Below, piece after piece: positions 40,310-51,231 of a DNA stretch of 64,000 nt. The translations under genes were made by a program, and so were the position numbers. Numbering within the stretch: the stretch's first letter is position 1; the number at the start of each line of letters is the position of its first letter. Under the pieces are notes generated by a model. It saw nothing but the letters and a program-made list of their open reading frames with translations. It was not told the origin of the DNA and made no database searches. Source of the stretch: Alphaproteobacteria bacterium. Its GTDB lineage: Bacteria > Pseudomonadota > Alphaproteobacteria > UBA828. The stretch covers positions 1,568,001 through 1,632,000 of the forward strand of contig OZ243972.1 of NCBI GenBank assembly GCA_965214705.1, read 5' to 3'.

Positions 40310-43249
40310 TTAGAGCTCGAGCTCCAGTTCGGGCCCCTCCCGGACCTTCTCCCGCCCCGGCTTCCTGCCCGATTGCTCGGCCGTCGGCCCCGCCGGCGCC
40401 GGTTCCGGCATCTTCGGTTCCGACTTGCTTCGGCCGCCTTCGCGTGCGGGTGCCCGTCCCAATCCTTCTTCGACCGGCCTGTCGTGCTCGCTCTCGAGTG
40501 CTTCCAGCGCCGAAATGCGTTCGCCGGTCACCGCCTCCAGGCGCTCGCGCAGCGCGTTTCGATCGTCCGTGACCAACTCGGCGCTGTAGCGTGCTCGACT
40601 GATCTCCACATAGAGCGTCTTCTGTGTCGTCAGGTGGGGATGATTGGCCTCCATCGCGGCGATCACACGATCCACCGTACGACCCTGGAACGCATGCACG
40701 GTGGATGCCCATGCTCTGTCGATATGCCGCAGCTGCGGATCGTCCGCACGCAAGTTCAGCTCCCGTCCGCTTTCGAGCCTGAACGCGACCTTGCCGCCTT
40801 TCACATCGGTCACCTCTGCCGTGCCGCTGTTGACGAGCCGATGGTTCGCATCGTTTCGTGTCCAGCACACGCGGTCTCCCCGACGCAGCTCCAACGTGTC
40901 CGCGGCATAGACCTCGACCCCGCCCGTTCTTGCCGCCAAGCGTTCCGGCTCCCAGGACACCTTGTCGCCGTCTCTCGACTTCAGTTCGACCACGCCCGCC
41001 TTATGCTTGACGCCCGCCACGCGAAGCTCGTCGCCTTTCTCGACACCGAGACGTTTGTAGGATCGATGAAAGGCCACCACGTCGCCGACCGCGTAGTTGG
41101 CCGCCAGACACTTTTCGGCATTGGTGTAACCGCGAGAGACCAGGCGCTCCGCGTTCATTGCCGGTCCGACGATGGCACCGTCCCGTATCAATCTCTCCCG
41201 CACGATCTCGTTTATCCTCTCACGCAAGGCTTGGCTCGGAGCCATCAGACCCGCGTTGTCGCGCTCTTCGGCCGACAGCGCGAGCCATCGCGCCGCCGCC
41301 GCACCGGCGAGATTGTCCGGCTGAACCTCGGCCACATTCGAACCCAGCTTTTCGAACGCCTTGCGGACATCCCCCGCGAGGCTCGCTTCGACTGCTTCCT
41401 TCAGGGCCGGGTCGCGCTGACGCACGATCTCGTCCATGACCGCGGTTTTCATGCCCGCACCCTGCAACTGCGCGAACGGCTTGCCGGCATCGACGGCATC
41501 GAGCTGCTTCTCGTCGCCCACGAGGACCACCCGCGGCAATCGCAGCGTGTTGGCGATCTTCAGCAGACTTCGGGTCTGCGCTGTCGAAGCCAGAGAACCC
41601 TCGTCTACCACGAACACGGTCTTCGCGAACCTGGCCCGCATGTCGCGCTCGCCCCTGTCCGTCAATCTTCCCTCGGCGACACCGGCATAGCGTGCCAGGA
41701 ACCGCTGCAGGGTCTCGCTCTCGATCCCGGCTTCGCCGGCAAGCGTTTGCGCGGCAGACGCGGACGGTGCCAGGCCCTTGACCTCTAACCCCCGCTTTTC
41801 GAGAAGCTCCCGCGTTCGCTTCAGCATGGTGGTCTTGCCGGTGCCGGCATAGCCCTGGACCCCCACCACGCGATCCTTCTCCGACACGATGAGCTTCACG
41901 GCCTCCTTCTGTCCGACCGTGAGCGGACCGTTTCGCAGTGCCTTCCCCACAGCACGTCCGCGCATCGGAGCGGGAGCTCGTCCCTGGCCGCGTTCCATGA
42001 GCGCGATGGTCTCACGCTCGTCCGCCACCGCCTTGTCGGTCGTGAACGACTCTCCAGGTACCGGGAGAGCCGCCGCGTGCAGCGTTCCCGCCCTCTCCAG
42101 CCGGGCGACGCCAGCCTCCGCCTCGCCGATGGTCACGACGCCCGGCCGCCAGGCGAGAGAGGCGGCAAGCAGCGACGTTCGGGAGAACACTGCCTCGCGC
42201 TCCGACAGGTGCGCCACTGCCCATGCGACGGCGGCGTCGGCATCGCGCTGCGCCGCCGACTTCGAGCCTTCCAGCTCATCGGACCGAGCGACGTTCTCAC
42301 GCTCCGTCTTCCGTTGCGCCGTGCGCCGCGCAGCCTCGTCTGCGAGCCTGTCAACCTCCAGACCGAGATCGGCCGCCTGCCTCTGCCAGCTTGTCCGCAG
42401 CTCCTCCTTGTCCACATCTCGCTTGTGCGCGCGGGTCATCAGGGAGGCGCGCTGCGCCAGTCGCTGGTTCTCTGCCGGTCCCCCAAGACCCTGCGCCGCC
42501 ATCGCCGCTTCGATTTCCGCCCTGCGTGTCGAGAACGCCTCGATCGTCATGCGCGCCACGCCCGCGATCTCGAAGCGTCCGTCCGCATGCGTCTTCTCGG
42601 TCGCGTAACCCAGCGTATCCAGCTCTCTCGCCAGCTCCGCGCGATACAGAGCGCCGATCAGCATCTTGGATGCATACAGCTTCTCGTTGGCCATGGTGCG
42701 CCACTTGCCGTCCTCGCCCTGCACCATGTTGGCGATCACGGCATGCGTATGGAGCTGGGGATCAAGATTGCGAGAGGTGTCATGGCGGAAGGTGGCGATC
42801 AGCGCCTTCTGGTCCCTGGCCCGGGTCATGCGGCCCGTCTCCGCATCCCTCAACCTGGTCTCGACGACGTTCTCCTCGATCCAGGCGAGCGTCCTCCGCA
42901 CCGCCTCGTCATGGGCGGCGACGATACGGGAATCGCCACCGATCAGGGCTGCGATGGAAACCGACTTCGGGGCGGAGAAGGTGACGTCCCGCCCGGGTCT
43001 GTGACTGAACGTGCCGTCCTTTTCGCGCCGGCCCAGCCTGCGTCCCGATCCGTCGGGAACCGTGCCTTCCAGCACGCCCTGGAACGTGTCCGGATCCACC
43101 GCGCCCGACAGTCCCAGAGCCTCGGCTCCTTTGCCCGCCCAGGCACTGGCGTCCCGATGCTCGGGATCGTCCTTCGCGTAGTACCCGTCCTTCTCGTAGT
43201 AGGTGACTCCCTGGGCGGGCGAAGCCACTGCGCCGATCGAGGCGACCAT
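40310..43249 (-). CDS. MOBF relaxase-helicase (TrwC/TraI-like)
   Basis: YY..D.YY, D.TFSAPKSVS, HDTSR..DPQLHTH, FSTRR; helicase GYAGTGKT, VDE, QG.T. Confidence 0.95.
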   Translation of the reverse strand: MVASIGAVASPAQGVTYYEKDGYYAKDDPEHRDASAWAGKGAEALGLSGAVDPDTFQGVLEGTVPDGSGRRLGRREKDGTFSHRPGRDVTFSAPKSVSIAALIGGDSRIVAAHDEAVRRTLAWIEENVVETRLRDAETGRMTRARDQKALIATFRHDTSRNLDPQLHTHAVIANMVQGEDGKWRTMANEKLYASKMLIGALYRAELARELDTLGYATEKTHADGRFEIAGVARMTIEAFSTRRAEIEAAMAAQGLGGPAENQRLAQRASLMTRAHKRDVDKEELRTSWQRQAADLGLEVDRLADEAARRTAQRKTERENVARSDELEGSKSAAQRDADAAVAWAVAHLSEREAVFSRTSLLAASLAWRPGVVTIGEAEAGVARLERAGTLHAAALPVPGESFTTDKAVADERETIALMERGQGRAPAPMRGRAVGKALRNGPLTVGQKEAVKLIVSEKDRVVGVQGYAGTGKTTMLKRTRELLEKRGLEVKGLAPSASAAQTLAGEAGIESETLQRFLARYAGVAEGRLTDRGERDMRARFAKTVFVVDEGSLASTAQTRSLLKIANTLRLPRVVLVGDEKQLDAVDAGKPFAQLQGAGMKTAVMDEIVRQRDPALKEAVEASLAGDVRKAFEKLGSNVAEVQPDNLAGAAAARWLALSAEERDNAGLMAPSQALRERINEIVRERLIRDGAIVGPAMNAERLVSRGYTNAEKCLAANYAVGDVVAFHRSYKRLGVEKGDELRVAGVKHKAGVVELKSRDGDKVSWEPERLAARTGGVEVYAADTLELRRGDRVCWTRNDANHRLVNSGTAEVTDVKGGKVAFRLESGRELNLRADDPQLRHIDRAWASTVHAFQGRTVDRVIAAMEANHPHLTTQKTLYVEISRARYSAELVTDDRNALRERLEAVTGERISALEALESEHDRPVEEGLGRAPAREGGRSKSEPKMPEPAPAGPTAEQSGRKPGREKVREGPELELEL

Positions 43250-43250
43250 C

Positions 43251-45470
43251 TCACAACCGGAGTACGGGCAGAGGCCGTTCTCCGTCCGCTACTTCTGCGT
43301 CGACGACGCCTTCGCCGGCTTCGCCTCGCTCAGCCACGCCTTCACCTGCTCCTGCGCCGTTCGAATCGCCTGCATCCTGCGCTTCGGCGCCTATCGCGGT
43401 TCCGGCGCCTTGGGAACGTCGCCGCTCGGGAAGGCCATCCATCGTTGCCACCTCATCGTCCCGCTCCCAAAGGGCCCATTCGTGCGGTGTCCACCCCTCT
43501 TCATGCCACCCCGCCGAATTCTCTCCATGGGAATCGTCCAAGCCCGTTTCCGCAATTTCAATTGCTCCATTCACGGTCCCCCCGGCTGGCATCGAATCCG
43601 CGACATCCGCAATCCTTGATGGAATCTCTCCACCGTCGTCGGCGGGTTCCGTGGCAGTGACGAACGTTTGCCCGCGCATCTCCTTCGAGCCCGCCCCATG
43701 CGATGGTGTCCGGGAGCGGTCACCGGCACCGCTCCGACCATCATTCCTGGGCACGAAGCGCTGCGCCACCGGGCTCCGCTCCTTGTACGTGAGCGCGATC
43801 CGGGCCACCGGCCAGGAGCCCGGGAACTTGAGATAGCCCGTCAGATTCTCGAGACGCGCCACCTCCGCCGGCAGCACCAGGGGGCGGAGGTCGCGGCGCG
43901 CGCTCAGCGTCACCCCGTCGCGGGGCGTGTCGTAGCTCACCCCCTCCGCGAGGGATTCCACCTCGACCCGCCCGAGGCTTTCCGCCGACCACTCGGACGT
44001 GTCCCTGTCGGGCGCCGCCAGCACCACACGGGTGCCGCAGAGGCCGGAGATCGTCTCCGCCCCGTCCCGGCCGTAGAGGTCCCGCAACGCCGAGAATACC
44101 TGGACGCCCAGCACGAAGCAGCCGCCGAACTGGCGGCTCTCGGCGAGGCCGGGACGGAGCGAGGGGAGCTGGTGAAGTGTCGGCAGCTCGTCCAGTATCA
44201 GCCAGGTGCGGCGCCCGTCCCGGCGGGGCAGCGAGAGCAGCGCGTTCACCGCGATCTCGAGCCAGGTCGAGATCAGGCCTCGCAGGCTTGCATGCTGGTC
44301 GCCCCGCGAGGTGAGGAACAGGAAGCCGGCACCCTCGCTCTCGACCCACTCTCGAATCGAGAAAGAGGGTCCCTCGTCGGGCAGCAGGTCCATGGCGCCG
44401 ATGTTGGCCGTGAGCATGGCGCGCACGGAGAGCGCCGTCTTGGGGTTCTCGGGATCGACGATAGACTGGGCCACGGTGCCCTCCATGGCTTCCGCCAGCG
44501 CCTTGAGCTCGGTCTTGAGCAGGTGGTCGACCAGCACCCGGTTGCGGGTCTCTCCCCGCTGCCATAGCACAGCCGCGCCGTGGGAGAAGAGCTGGCGGGC
44601 CGCGGTGATCCAGAAGGGATCTGCCGCATCCTTCTGCCTGGGGATGAGGGCGGCCGCCATGGTGTCGAAGTCGCGTGCGGTACGGGCTTCGACGAACGGC
44701 GACCAGCGCGGCGCGCGGGCGTCGAGGGGGTTGAGGAGGACGTCTTGCGCGGGGTCGTAGAAGGTCTCGGTGTAGGAGCCCATCTTGTCGTAGACAACGC
44801 AGCGCTCGCCTCTCTTCCGGATCTGCTCCACCAGATCGGCGATGAGCACGGTCTTGCCCGACCCCGTCGTCCCGGAGACGATGGTGTGGCGGGTCTCGGC
44901 GCCCGAGGGCCAGGGGATGCCCGCGATCCGGTATGAACAGGGTTCGTTGCGCCGGAGCAGCCGGCGCGCGCGGCGGTGCAGGGGCAGCGCGCGCCACGCG
45001 AGTTCCCCCGACGTGACCAGCTCGCCGCCTCTGAGCCTTCGGCCCCTTCGGAGACTCCCGCCCACGATGCGCATCGCCACCAGGTAGACGGCGACGAGGG
45101 CGGCACCACTGCCGAAGCCCAGCATGGCGGCGTCGAGAGCGTCCCCTGCGACGCGGTCGCGCAGCCTGAGAATGGGCTTGAACGTGACGATGTAGGCCAG
45201 ACTGCTGGAATAGACCTGCCCGTCCAGGTCCCGGATCTTCTTGCTCTTGTCCGGGTCGAACCCGGCAGCGAGCATGAACTCGCAGAGCGCGTAGACGCCC
45301 ATGACGTGCCAGTCGTGGGAGCTGGTCTCGTCCCAGGTCTTCCAGGCTGCTGCGATGAGCGCACAGGCAAGAGCAGCGAGCAAGGCGCGCTCGACCACCT
45401 TGCGCCAGGTGCGCAGGCCCCGAGCGGCAACACGGACGCCGCGTCCGGTGTCGCCGCCCACCCCGGTCAT
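43251..45470 (-). CDS. traD: Type IV coupling protein (TraD/TrwB-like)
   Basis: Two N-terminal TM segments; GTTGSGKT, LNPLDAR..W, DPFW, LDELPTL, ESRQFGG; long acidic tail. Confidence 0.92.
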   Translation of the reverse strand: MTGVGGDTGRGVRVAARGLRTWRKVVERALLAALACALIAAAWKTWDETSSHDWHVMGVYALCEFMLAAGFDPDKSKKIRDLDGQVYSSSLAYIVTFKPILRLRDRVAGDALDAAMLGFGSGAALVAVYLVAMRIVGGSLRRGRRLRGGELVTSGELAWRALPLHRRARRLLRRNEPCSYRIAGIPWPSGAETRHTIVSGTTGSGKTVLIADLVEQIRKRGERCVVYDKMGSYTETFYDPAQDVLLNPLDARAPRWSPFVEARTARDFDTMAAALIPRQKDAADPFWITAARQLFSHGAAVLWQRGETRNRVLVDHLLKTELKALAEAMEGTVAQSIVDPENPKTALSVRAMLTANIGAMDLLPDEGPSFSIREWVESEGAGFLFLTSRGDQHASLRGLISTWLEIAVNALLSLPRRDGRRTWLILDELPTLHQLPSLRPGLAESRQFGGCFVLGVQVFSALRDLYGRDGAETISGLCGTRVVLAAPDRDTSEWSAESLGRVEVESLAEGVSYDTPRDGVTLSARRDLRPLVLPAEVARLENLTGYLKFPGSWPVARIALTYKERSPVAQRFVPRNDGRSGAGDRSRTPSHGAGSKEMRGQTFVTATEPADDGGEIPSRIADVADSMPAGGTVNGAIEIAETGLDDSHGENSAGWHEEGWTPHEWALWERDDEVATMDGLPERRRSQGAGTAIGAEAQDAGDSNGAGAGEGVAERGEAGEGVVDAEVADGERPLPVLRL

Positions 45471-45673
45471 CAGCTTTCCCCGGTGCTCGGGACGCCGCCC
45501 GCCCCCCCGGCGAGCTGACTGAACCGTTCCAGCCAGCGCTCCGCCGCCTGCTCGGGCGGCATGGGCCGGACCGTCTTTCGCGACGGCGGGAACGGCGCCC
45601 CGCCGCCGACTCCGAGGTCGCGGCGCTCCGCCGCATCGGTCATGCGAACCACCAGCCGCAGCAGTTCCTCCCA

Positions 45674-47875
45674 CAGGGCAAATTTGTCCAAGCGGCTGGT
45701 AGGCAGTTGAGTTCTGGCCACGGGTTGTGCGGATCGGCTTTGTTGCGGGGTTTGCGGCGGGGTCTGGCCGAGCATCCGGTTCGGTCAGACGGTTCTGGCA
45801 TTACCGTGTGGGCGGTGCGGGCGGTGCCGTCGCGATTTGGCGGTGCCCCGACATGATGGATCGCGCCACCGGCGTGGTCGGGAGCGAGGGCAGGTACGAT
45901 CTTTGCGCCCGGCTTGCCGGGCGCCGGGGTTCAGGCCGGCGCGGCGCGCTTTGCGGTCCTCGGCTGGGTGTTCCCGGTCATTTTCAGGAAGTCGAGGACG
46001 GCGCGGACGTTGCGGGCGAGCCTGCGCACGGTCGAGGCGACCTCGAGCCCCCGGCCCTTGATCAGGCCGATGGCGAAGCGCCGCAGGCGGGTCATGTTCT
46101 CGGGGCCGAAGCCTGTGCGTATGCGGCTGCGGTCCTCGTCCCAGGTCCAGTCGAGGCAGTGGTGCGAGCTGTTCTCGATGCACCAGTGGCCGCGGTTGAG
46201 GGCGAGCAGGCTCTGCGCGTTGGCCGTGCCGGGCGTGTGGCTGGAGATCCCGTAGGCGGTCTCGGTGCCGGTCTCGCCGGTCTTCTTGTCCTGGCGGGAG
46301 CGCTCGATCATGAAGACCTGGCCGACGCCCGGGAAGTCGAGAAAGCCGTTCAACTCCGTGCTCGTCCAGATTGCCCGCTGCTCGATGCGTCCGTGCGACA
46401 GCGCGGCCTCCTCCTCGAAGTCGGGCTCACGCTCCGGCGCCTCTTCGAAGAGCAGCGTCACATCGTCCCGCATGGTCTTCTGGTTCCCTTTCACGATGAA
46501 CATGAAGTGCGCGCCCCGGTCGAGCAGGTAGCGGGCGAACTTGCGCTGGGTTAGCAGCGCGTCCGTCGTGACCGTCTTGCCCGCGATGTTCGGGATCAGG
46601 TCCACCAGCGCCGTCACGGTGCCGATCTCGTTGGTGCGCTTTGTCTCCTCGTCGGCCCCGACTTTCAGGAGAAGTTTTTTTGGGCGAGCGTGGCCTTGGT
46701 CTCGTGCCCGACCGCGCTCATGACATGAGCCTGGGTCCCGTCCTCGTCGATGGCCCCCCTCAGGGTCTTGCCGTCGATGGCAAGCGCCGCGTCGCCTGAG
46801 CCGTGGGCCTCCTGCCACTTGCGCAACGCCTCGTCCAACTGGTCCGGGTCCACCCGGATCACCACATTGCGGATGGTCGACATCGAAGGCGGCCGGCGCA
46901 CCCCGTCGCGCAGCCGCACGCCGAAGCGGGCCAGCGCCTTCTCGCCGAGATCGTCGACCCACTCGGAGATGGCCTTCCAGCCTCGCATGCCGCAGAGCGT
47001 CGCGCCACTCGCAAGCGCGAGCACGCTGGGCAGCGAATGCCGCCGTCCCTTGCGCGTGCGGGGGTCGTCGATGTCCTTGAAGTAGGCGTAGAGCGACTCT
47101 TGCTGAGCGGCGCTGATCATGGTTCTCGGAACTCCTTTCTTCCACAACTCCCGATCCAGCCCGGCAGCGGACAGCCGGCGGCAGGCGTCGGGAACCAGGG
47201 GGCGCAGCAGCACAAGCTTCGGCGTCGAGCCGGCGACATAGCCCGAGCGGTGGCGCCGGAAGCCGCGGGTCTGGCCGACCGCCAGCCATCCAGCCGCCCG
47301 GTAGACCGTGCCCCGGAACCTCGCCGCGTCCACGAATGTTTCCAGCATCAGCACGGGGTGGCCGAAGCGGGCCGGCCAGTCGCGCGCCAAGCGCCGCGCG
47401 CAAAGCCCCAGCACCCGCGAGCCGAGGTTCGGAACACCCCGTCCCGGCAGGATCAGGAAGCGCGCGTTGTTCGCGATCAGATGCAGCCGCCCGTGCTGCG
47501 TGCGGAAGTCCCAGCCGATCCACTCGTCCCGCGCCCGGCACTTGCGCGCCGCAGCCGAAAACACGGCCAGCGCCAGCCACTCGCCGCGCCGATGGGCGAC
47601 GTACCACGCCGTCGCCCCCACCTTCGCAGACGCACCCAGGTAGTGATGCCCCTCCATCAGCGCGCGGAACCGGGCCTCGTCCTCCGGCCGGACAGCAGCG
47701 ACATCGACCTCGGAAAGATCCACCGTAGAAACCGTCCCCCTGCTCGAAGCCGATCCGCAGCAGAACACCGCGAATCCAGTCGCCTCAATCCATAGCAGGG
47801 TTGGCGCGCGCTGACCAGACCCAAGGTCAACTCGTAGCGCAGAACTCAAAATCAGGCTTGGACAAATTCGCCCTG
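45674..47875 (-). mobile_element. ISAs1-family element
   Basis: IR cagggcaaatttgtccaagc / gcttggacaaattcgccctg; 10-bp TSD gttcctccca (45664-45673, 47876-47885). Confidence 0.93.
45931..47723 (-). CDS. DUF4338 (DruA-like) domain fused to ISAs1 transposase, frame change at an A7 run (46675-46681)
   Basis: HHYLG, RD.WIGW, NN.RFLILP, LETFVD, GT.Y.A.GW; then DPR...G.RH, IDGKTLRG; second frame NEI, DAL.TQ, VKGNQ, RGHW.IEN. Confidence 0.8.
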
Positions 47876-49011
47876 GTTCCTCCCACTCGTCCGGCAGGTC
47901 GGCAGCGAGCCCGGCAGCCTCGCGCACCGCCCTGTCGATGCGCTCGCCGTGGGTCCTGGCGCGCGCCGCCGCCCTTGCCGAGGCGGGGTCGGCGCCGTCA
48001 TCGTCGCCGAGCCAGGCGGCGCGTGCGTTTCCCAGTAGCGCGTGCAATGCCATGGCACGCCGGTCCGCGTCCGGGACACCATCGAGGGCTTCGATCTCCT
48101 CGGAAACGGCGAGCGCGTGCTGCGCGAGGGAGAGGAAGCGGCGGGAGCGCCCGCCCCAGCGGCAGGTGTTGGCCAGCACATGGGCGACGGCCTCGAAGTC
48201 GACGCTGCCGGCCTCGATGTTCTCCGCATCGTCCGGCCAGGAGGGCGGGGGTCCTGATTGCGCGGCCGTCCGCCTGCGGCGGCGTTTGGCTCCGGTGTCC
48301 TGTTCCGTCATCTGCGTTGCCCCTTCAATTCGTATCTCCCTCCTGTTGGAGCAGCGGCGGGCCGTTCGTGTCGGCCCGCCGCTGCATTCCCGGAGGCGCG
48401 GCCGCCCGCCTGTGGCGGCCCTGTCCATTGTTCGGCCGCATGCCTGGAGTTGCGCTCCCTGCGGCGGCGCTTGACCGGCGTTTCGCCTTCTGTGATCTTT
48501 TCGTCAGTACCCATTTGCGCTCTCCTTTTCGTTTCGCGGCGCCGGCGACCGGCTGCAGGGATCGGCCCCCGGCGTTCCGCGTATGGGCCGCTCTTCGTCC
48601 GTCTCTCTTCTGCGTCGAAGAAGGCCTGGGCACCGAAGTTGCGGGTGCCTCCCTGCCGCGCTGCCTCAGACGGCGCTTGACGGGGCATGCGCCTTTCGGT
48701 CACCCTGCCGGTCCTCGTGAAGCATGTTGAGTTGTGCTCTTACGTGCCGGGGGGTGCCCGAGGCCTCTGGTCCAGGGGTGGTCCCCGGCATCGCGAGGGA
48801 AGGCGGTCGTCCGGATTCGGCAGTGCCTGACCGGCTTCCCCTGTTCCCTGAAAGCGTTCCGCTACCGTTTGCGATTTCCTTTCAGTTCAGAGCCTCTTCA
48901 TGGTTTGTGCGCCGGGGGCCGCCCGAGTGAGGCGGCCCCCGGCAGCGCCTTCGCATGGGTGCCTGCAATCGCGGGCGGCCGGTTTCGGACCTCGTGCGTC
49001 GTTGCACTGCC

Positions 49012-51228
49012 TTATCCCCCGGATCCCGAGCCGCCGCGCAGCCGGCCGGTGAGCCGTCCGCTCCCGGCCCTGGCGATCCCGCCGGTGACCGCGCCTGCGA
49101 GGCGGCCCGCACCGTCGTCGTCACCGCCTGCACGCCCGCCGATCCAGTCCAGCACCGCCGCAGGCAGCAGGTCGATCAGCTTGAAAGCGCCGTTCATCAG
49201 CGCGTAGCAGATCATCACGTAGAGGGTGAGCATCGCGAGGAAGCCCACGGGCCCGAGGCCGTCCGAGGCGCCGGCGTCCCTGAGCTGCGGCAGCCAGATG
49301 GCGTTGAGCAGGCCGATGGCGGCGAGGAACACGAAGTAGCCGAGGATCAGCCCGAACAGCATCAGCGGCGGGCGCAGGATCAGGCCCGGCAGGAACAGCC
49401 AGCCCTGCCGGGTGGCGGGCACCGCCAGACCCCGGTCCTCGCCCCGCGTCACGTGCGCGGCGGCGAACACGGTGACGGCGAGCACCGCCTCGACCACGTT
49501 GAGCAGCCAGCCGAAGACGCCGAACAGGAAGCGGATGAACGGGAGCGCGGGGAGCACGAATGCCAGCACGGCGCCCGCGATCAGCATCAGCCCGAGGATG
49601 GTGGAGACGAAGCCGTCGGTAACCCGCCACACGGACTCGAAGGCATCCAGGCCCTTGCCGAAGAAGGGGATGGACTCCAGCAGGCCGGAGCCCACAGCGA
49701 CGCCGGAGATCGCGGCGATGGCGCCGAGCGCAGACGCGATCAGGTCGTGGCCGAAGCCCGCCAGGTCCGCGATGGGGTTGCCGCTGTCGGCGATGATCGC
49801 GGCGTCGAGGTCGATGAATTCGAAGAGGCCGGCGACCAGGCCGCCGTCGCCGCCGCCCGCCGCCGGCAGCGTGCCGGTGACGCCGGCGCCTGCGGCGAAG
49901 AACACGGGCTGCCAGGTGCGCGAGGAGGCCAGCGCGCCCAGCAAGCCCTTGACCGCCGCTGCGGCCGGAGGCGACCACTCCTCCAGGCTCGGCAGAGGAA
50001 GCGCCGCATCCGGGACATTGTGGGCTGCGGCCTGGAAGAGGCCGGTACGGGACGCGATGGTGTTGAAGAAGCCGGCGGCGGCGAGCCAGGAGGAGCCGGC
50101 CGCGTCCGCCGCCACCGCTCGTTCCAGTGCCAATCTCTCCTCGGAGGCCGCGCGGCCGAGCGCGTCGTCGAGCACCGCCTCGTAGGATTCGGCGAGGCCG
50201 CGCGCGTTCATGGCGGCCTCGACGTCCGGCAGGGGCTGGCCGTGGACGGGAGAGCCCGGCAGGAAGCGGTCGCCGAGACCTGCCGCAAGCTGCTGCAATG
50301 CCGGGAACAGCCCCTCCATGGCGCGGCGATGCCCGTGCGCCGCGATTCCCCTGGATCCGTCGGCGTCGAGGCCGTCGAAGCGCACCGCGCCGCACAGGTC
50401 GCGCGGCATGCCCCGCCCGTCGCCGTCGTAGCGCAGCAGCAGCGCACCCTCGATACGCTCCTCGTTCACCTCGATGTAGGGGTCGTCGCCGATGCGCCGC
50501 GCGTTGGCGTTGGCGACATGGGCACACGTCTCGGCCAGCAGCACGCGGGCGATGGCCGAGCGCCAGGCGGCGGCCTTGGGCCTGGGCGCGATGGGATCGC
50601 CCCGTCCCAGCGCCTGTTCCGAGAAGGGCGTCCAGACCGCGCCGGCGAAGTCGCCGCCGAGGGTGGCGAGGCCCACCACTGCGTGCTGGGCGCCGTTCAT
50701 GCCGCCGGGAAGGGGCGCCATGAGGGCGACGGCCGTCACGATCCGCACGATCTCCCACGCCCCGAAGCCCCAGCGGCCCGTGCGAGCGGTGTCGACCGCA
50801 CCGGCCACGGTGTGCCAGAGCAGCAGGAAGCCCGCGAGCACCAGCACCCCGCCGTTGAATACGAACAGCATGTCGCCGAGCACCGCGTGGCGGGCCACGT
50901 CGACGTCGCTCAGGAAACCCAGCAGGTCGCGAGTGGCATTGTCGGCGGTGGCGAAGATCTCCGGGTCGATGGTCTGGGCGTCGGCCGGTGCCACCGCGAG
51001 GCCGGCGGCGCCGAGGCCCGCGAGGCCGCCGCCGAGAGCAGTAAGGCCGAGCCCGAGGAGGGCGCGGTGGCGACGCTCCCGCTCCAGCAGGCGGCGCCAG
51101 CGCCAACCGTCCTGTTGCATCCCGTCCGAGAGGTAACGGACGTTCCGTCCGAAGTGCCGCGCGGCCCGGTGCAGGTCGGCCAGGCTGCGGCCGAGCTCCG
51201 GCGCGAACAGGAAGCGCAGGACTCCCAC
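49012..51228 (-). CDS. dotA: DotA/TraY-family inner-membrane protein
   Basis: Multiple TM segments; LP.LPFI.F, L.RP.LM.FGL, F.LI..LP..VL.WIG. Confidence 0.85.
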   Translation of the reverse strand: MGVLRFLFAPELGRSLADLHRAARHFGRNVRYLSDGMQQDGWRWRRLLERERRHRALLGLGLTALGGGLAGLGAAGLAVAPADAQTIDPEIFATADNATRDLLGFLSDVDVARHAVLGDMLFVFNGGVLVLAGFLLLWHTVAGAVDTARTGRWGFGAWEIVRIVTAVALMAPLPGGMNGAQHAVVGLATLGGDFAGAVWTPFSEQALGRGDPIAPRPKAAAWRSAIARVLLAETCAHVANANARRIGDDPYIEVNEERIEGALLLRYDGDGRGMPRDLCGAVRFDGLDADGSRGIAAHGHRRAMEGLFPALQQLAAGLGDRFLPGSPVHGQPLPDVEAAMNARGLAESYEAVLDDALGRAASEERLALERAVAADAAGSSWLAAAGFFNTIASRTGLFQAAAHNVPDAALPLPSLEEWSPPAAAAVKGLLGALASSRTWQPVFFAAGAGVTGTLPAAGGGDGGLVAGLFEFIDLDAAIIADSGNPIADLAGFGHDLIASALGAIAAISGVAVGSGLLESIPFFGKGLDAFESVWRVTDGFVSTILGLMLIAGAVLAFVLPALPFIRFLFGVFGWLLNVVEAVLAVTVFAAAHVTRGEDRGLAVPATRQGWLFLPGLILRPPLMLFGLILGYFVFLAAIGLLNAIWLPQLRDAGASDGLGPVGFLAMLTLYVMICYALMNGAFKLIDLLPAAVLDWIGGRAGGDDDGAGRLAGAVTGGIARAGSGRLTGRLRGGSGSGG

Positions 51229-51231
51229 GGC

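Larger units (their letters stand above)
45470..48311 (-). pseudogene. HD-fold (YfdR-like) protein with degenerate HD motif, split by an ISAs1 element
   Basis: AH.LA..CRWGG, SLAQH, ALLGNA.AAWLGD (47876-48311) joins WEELL..D..E.RDL, ERWLERF (45470-45673) across the TSD. Confidence 0.75.

Noticed and set aside
46665-47723. Druantia defence system
   Set aside because: Only a DruA-like domain, inside an IS with IRs and TSD; no DruE helicase or other Dru genes
48308-48703. Small Arg-rich ORFs upstream of the HD-like gene
   Set aside because: Low complexity, competing frames, no recognisable motif
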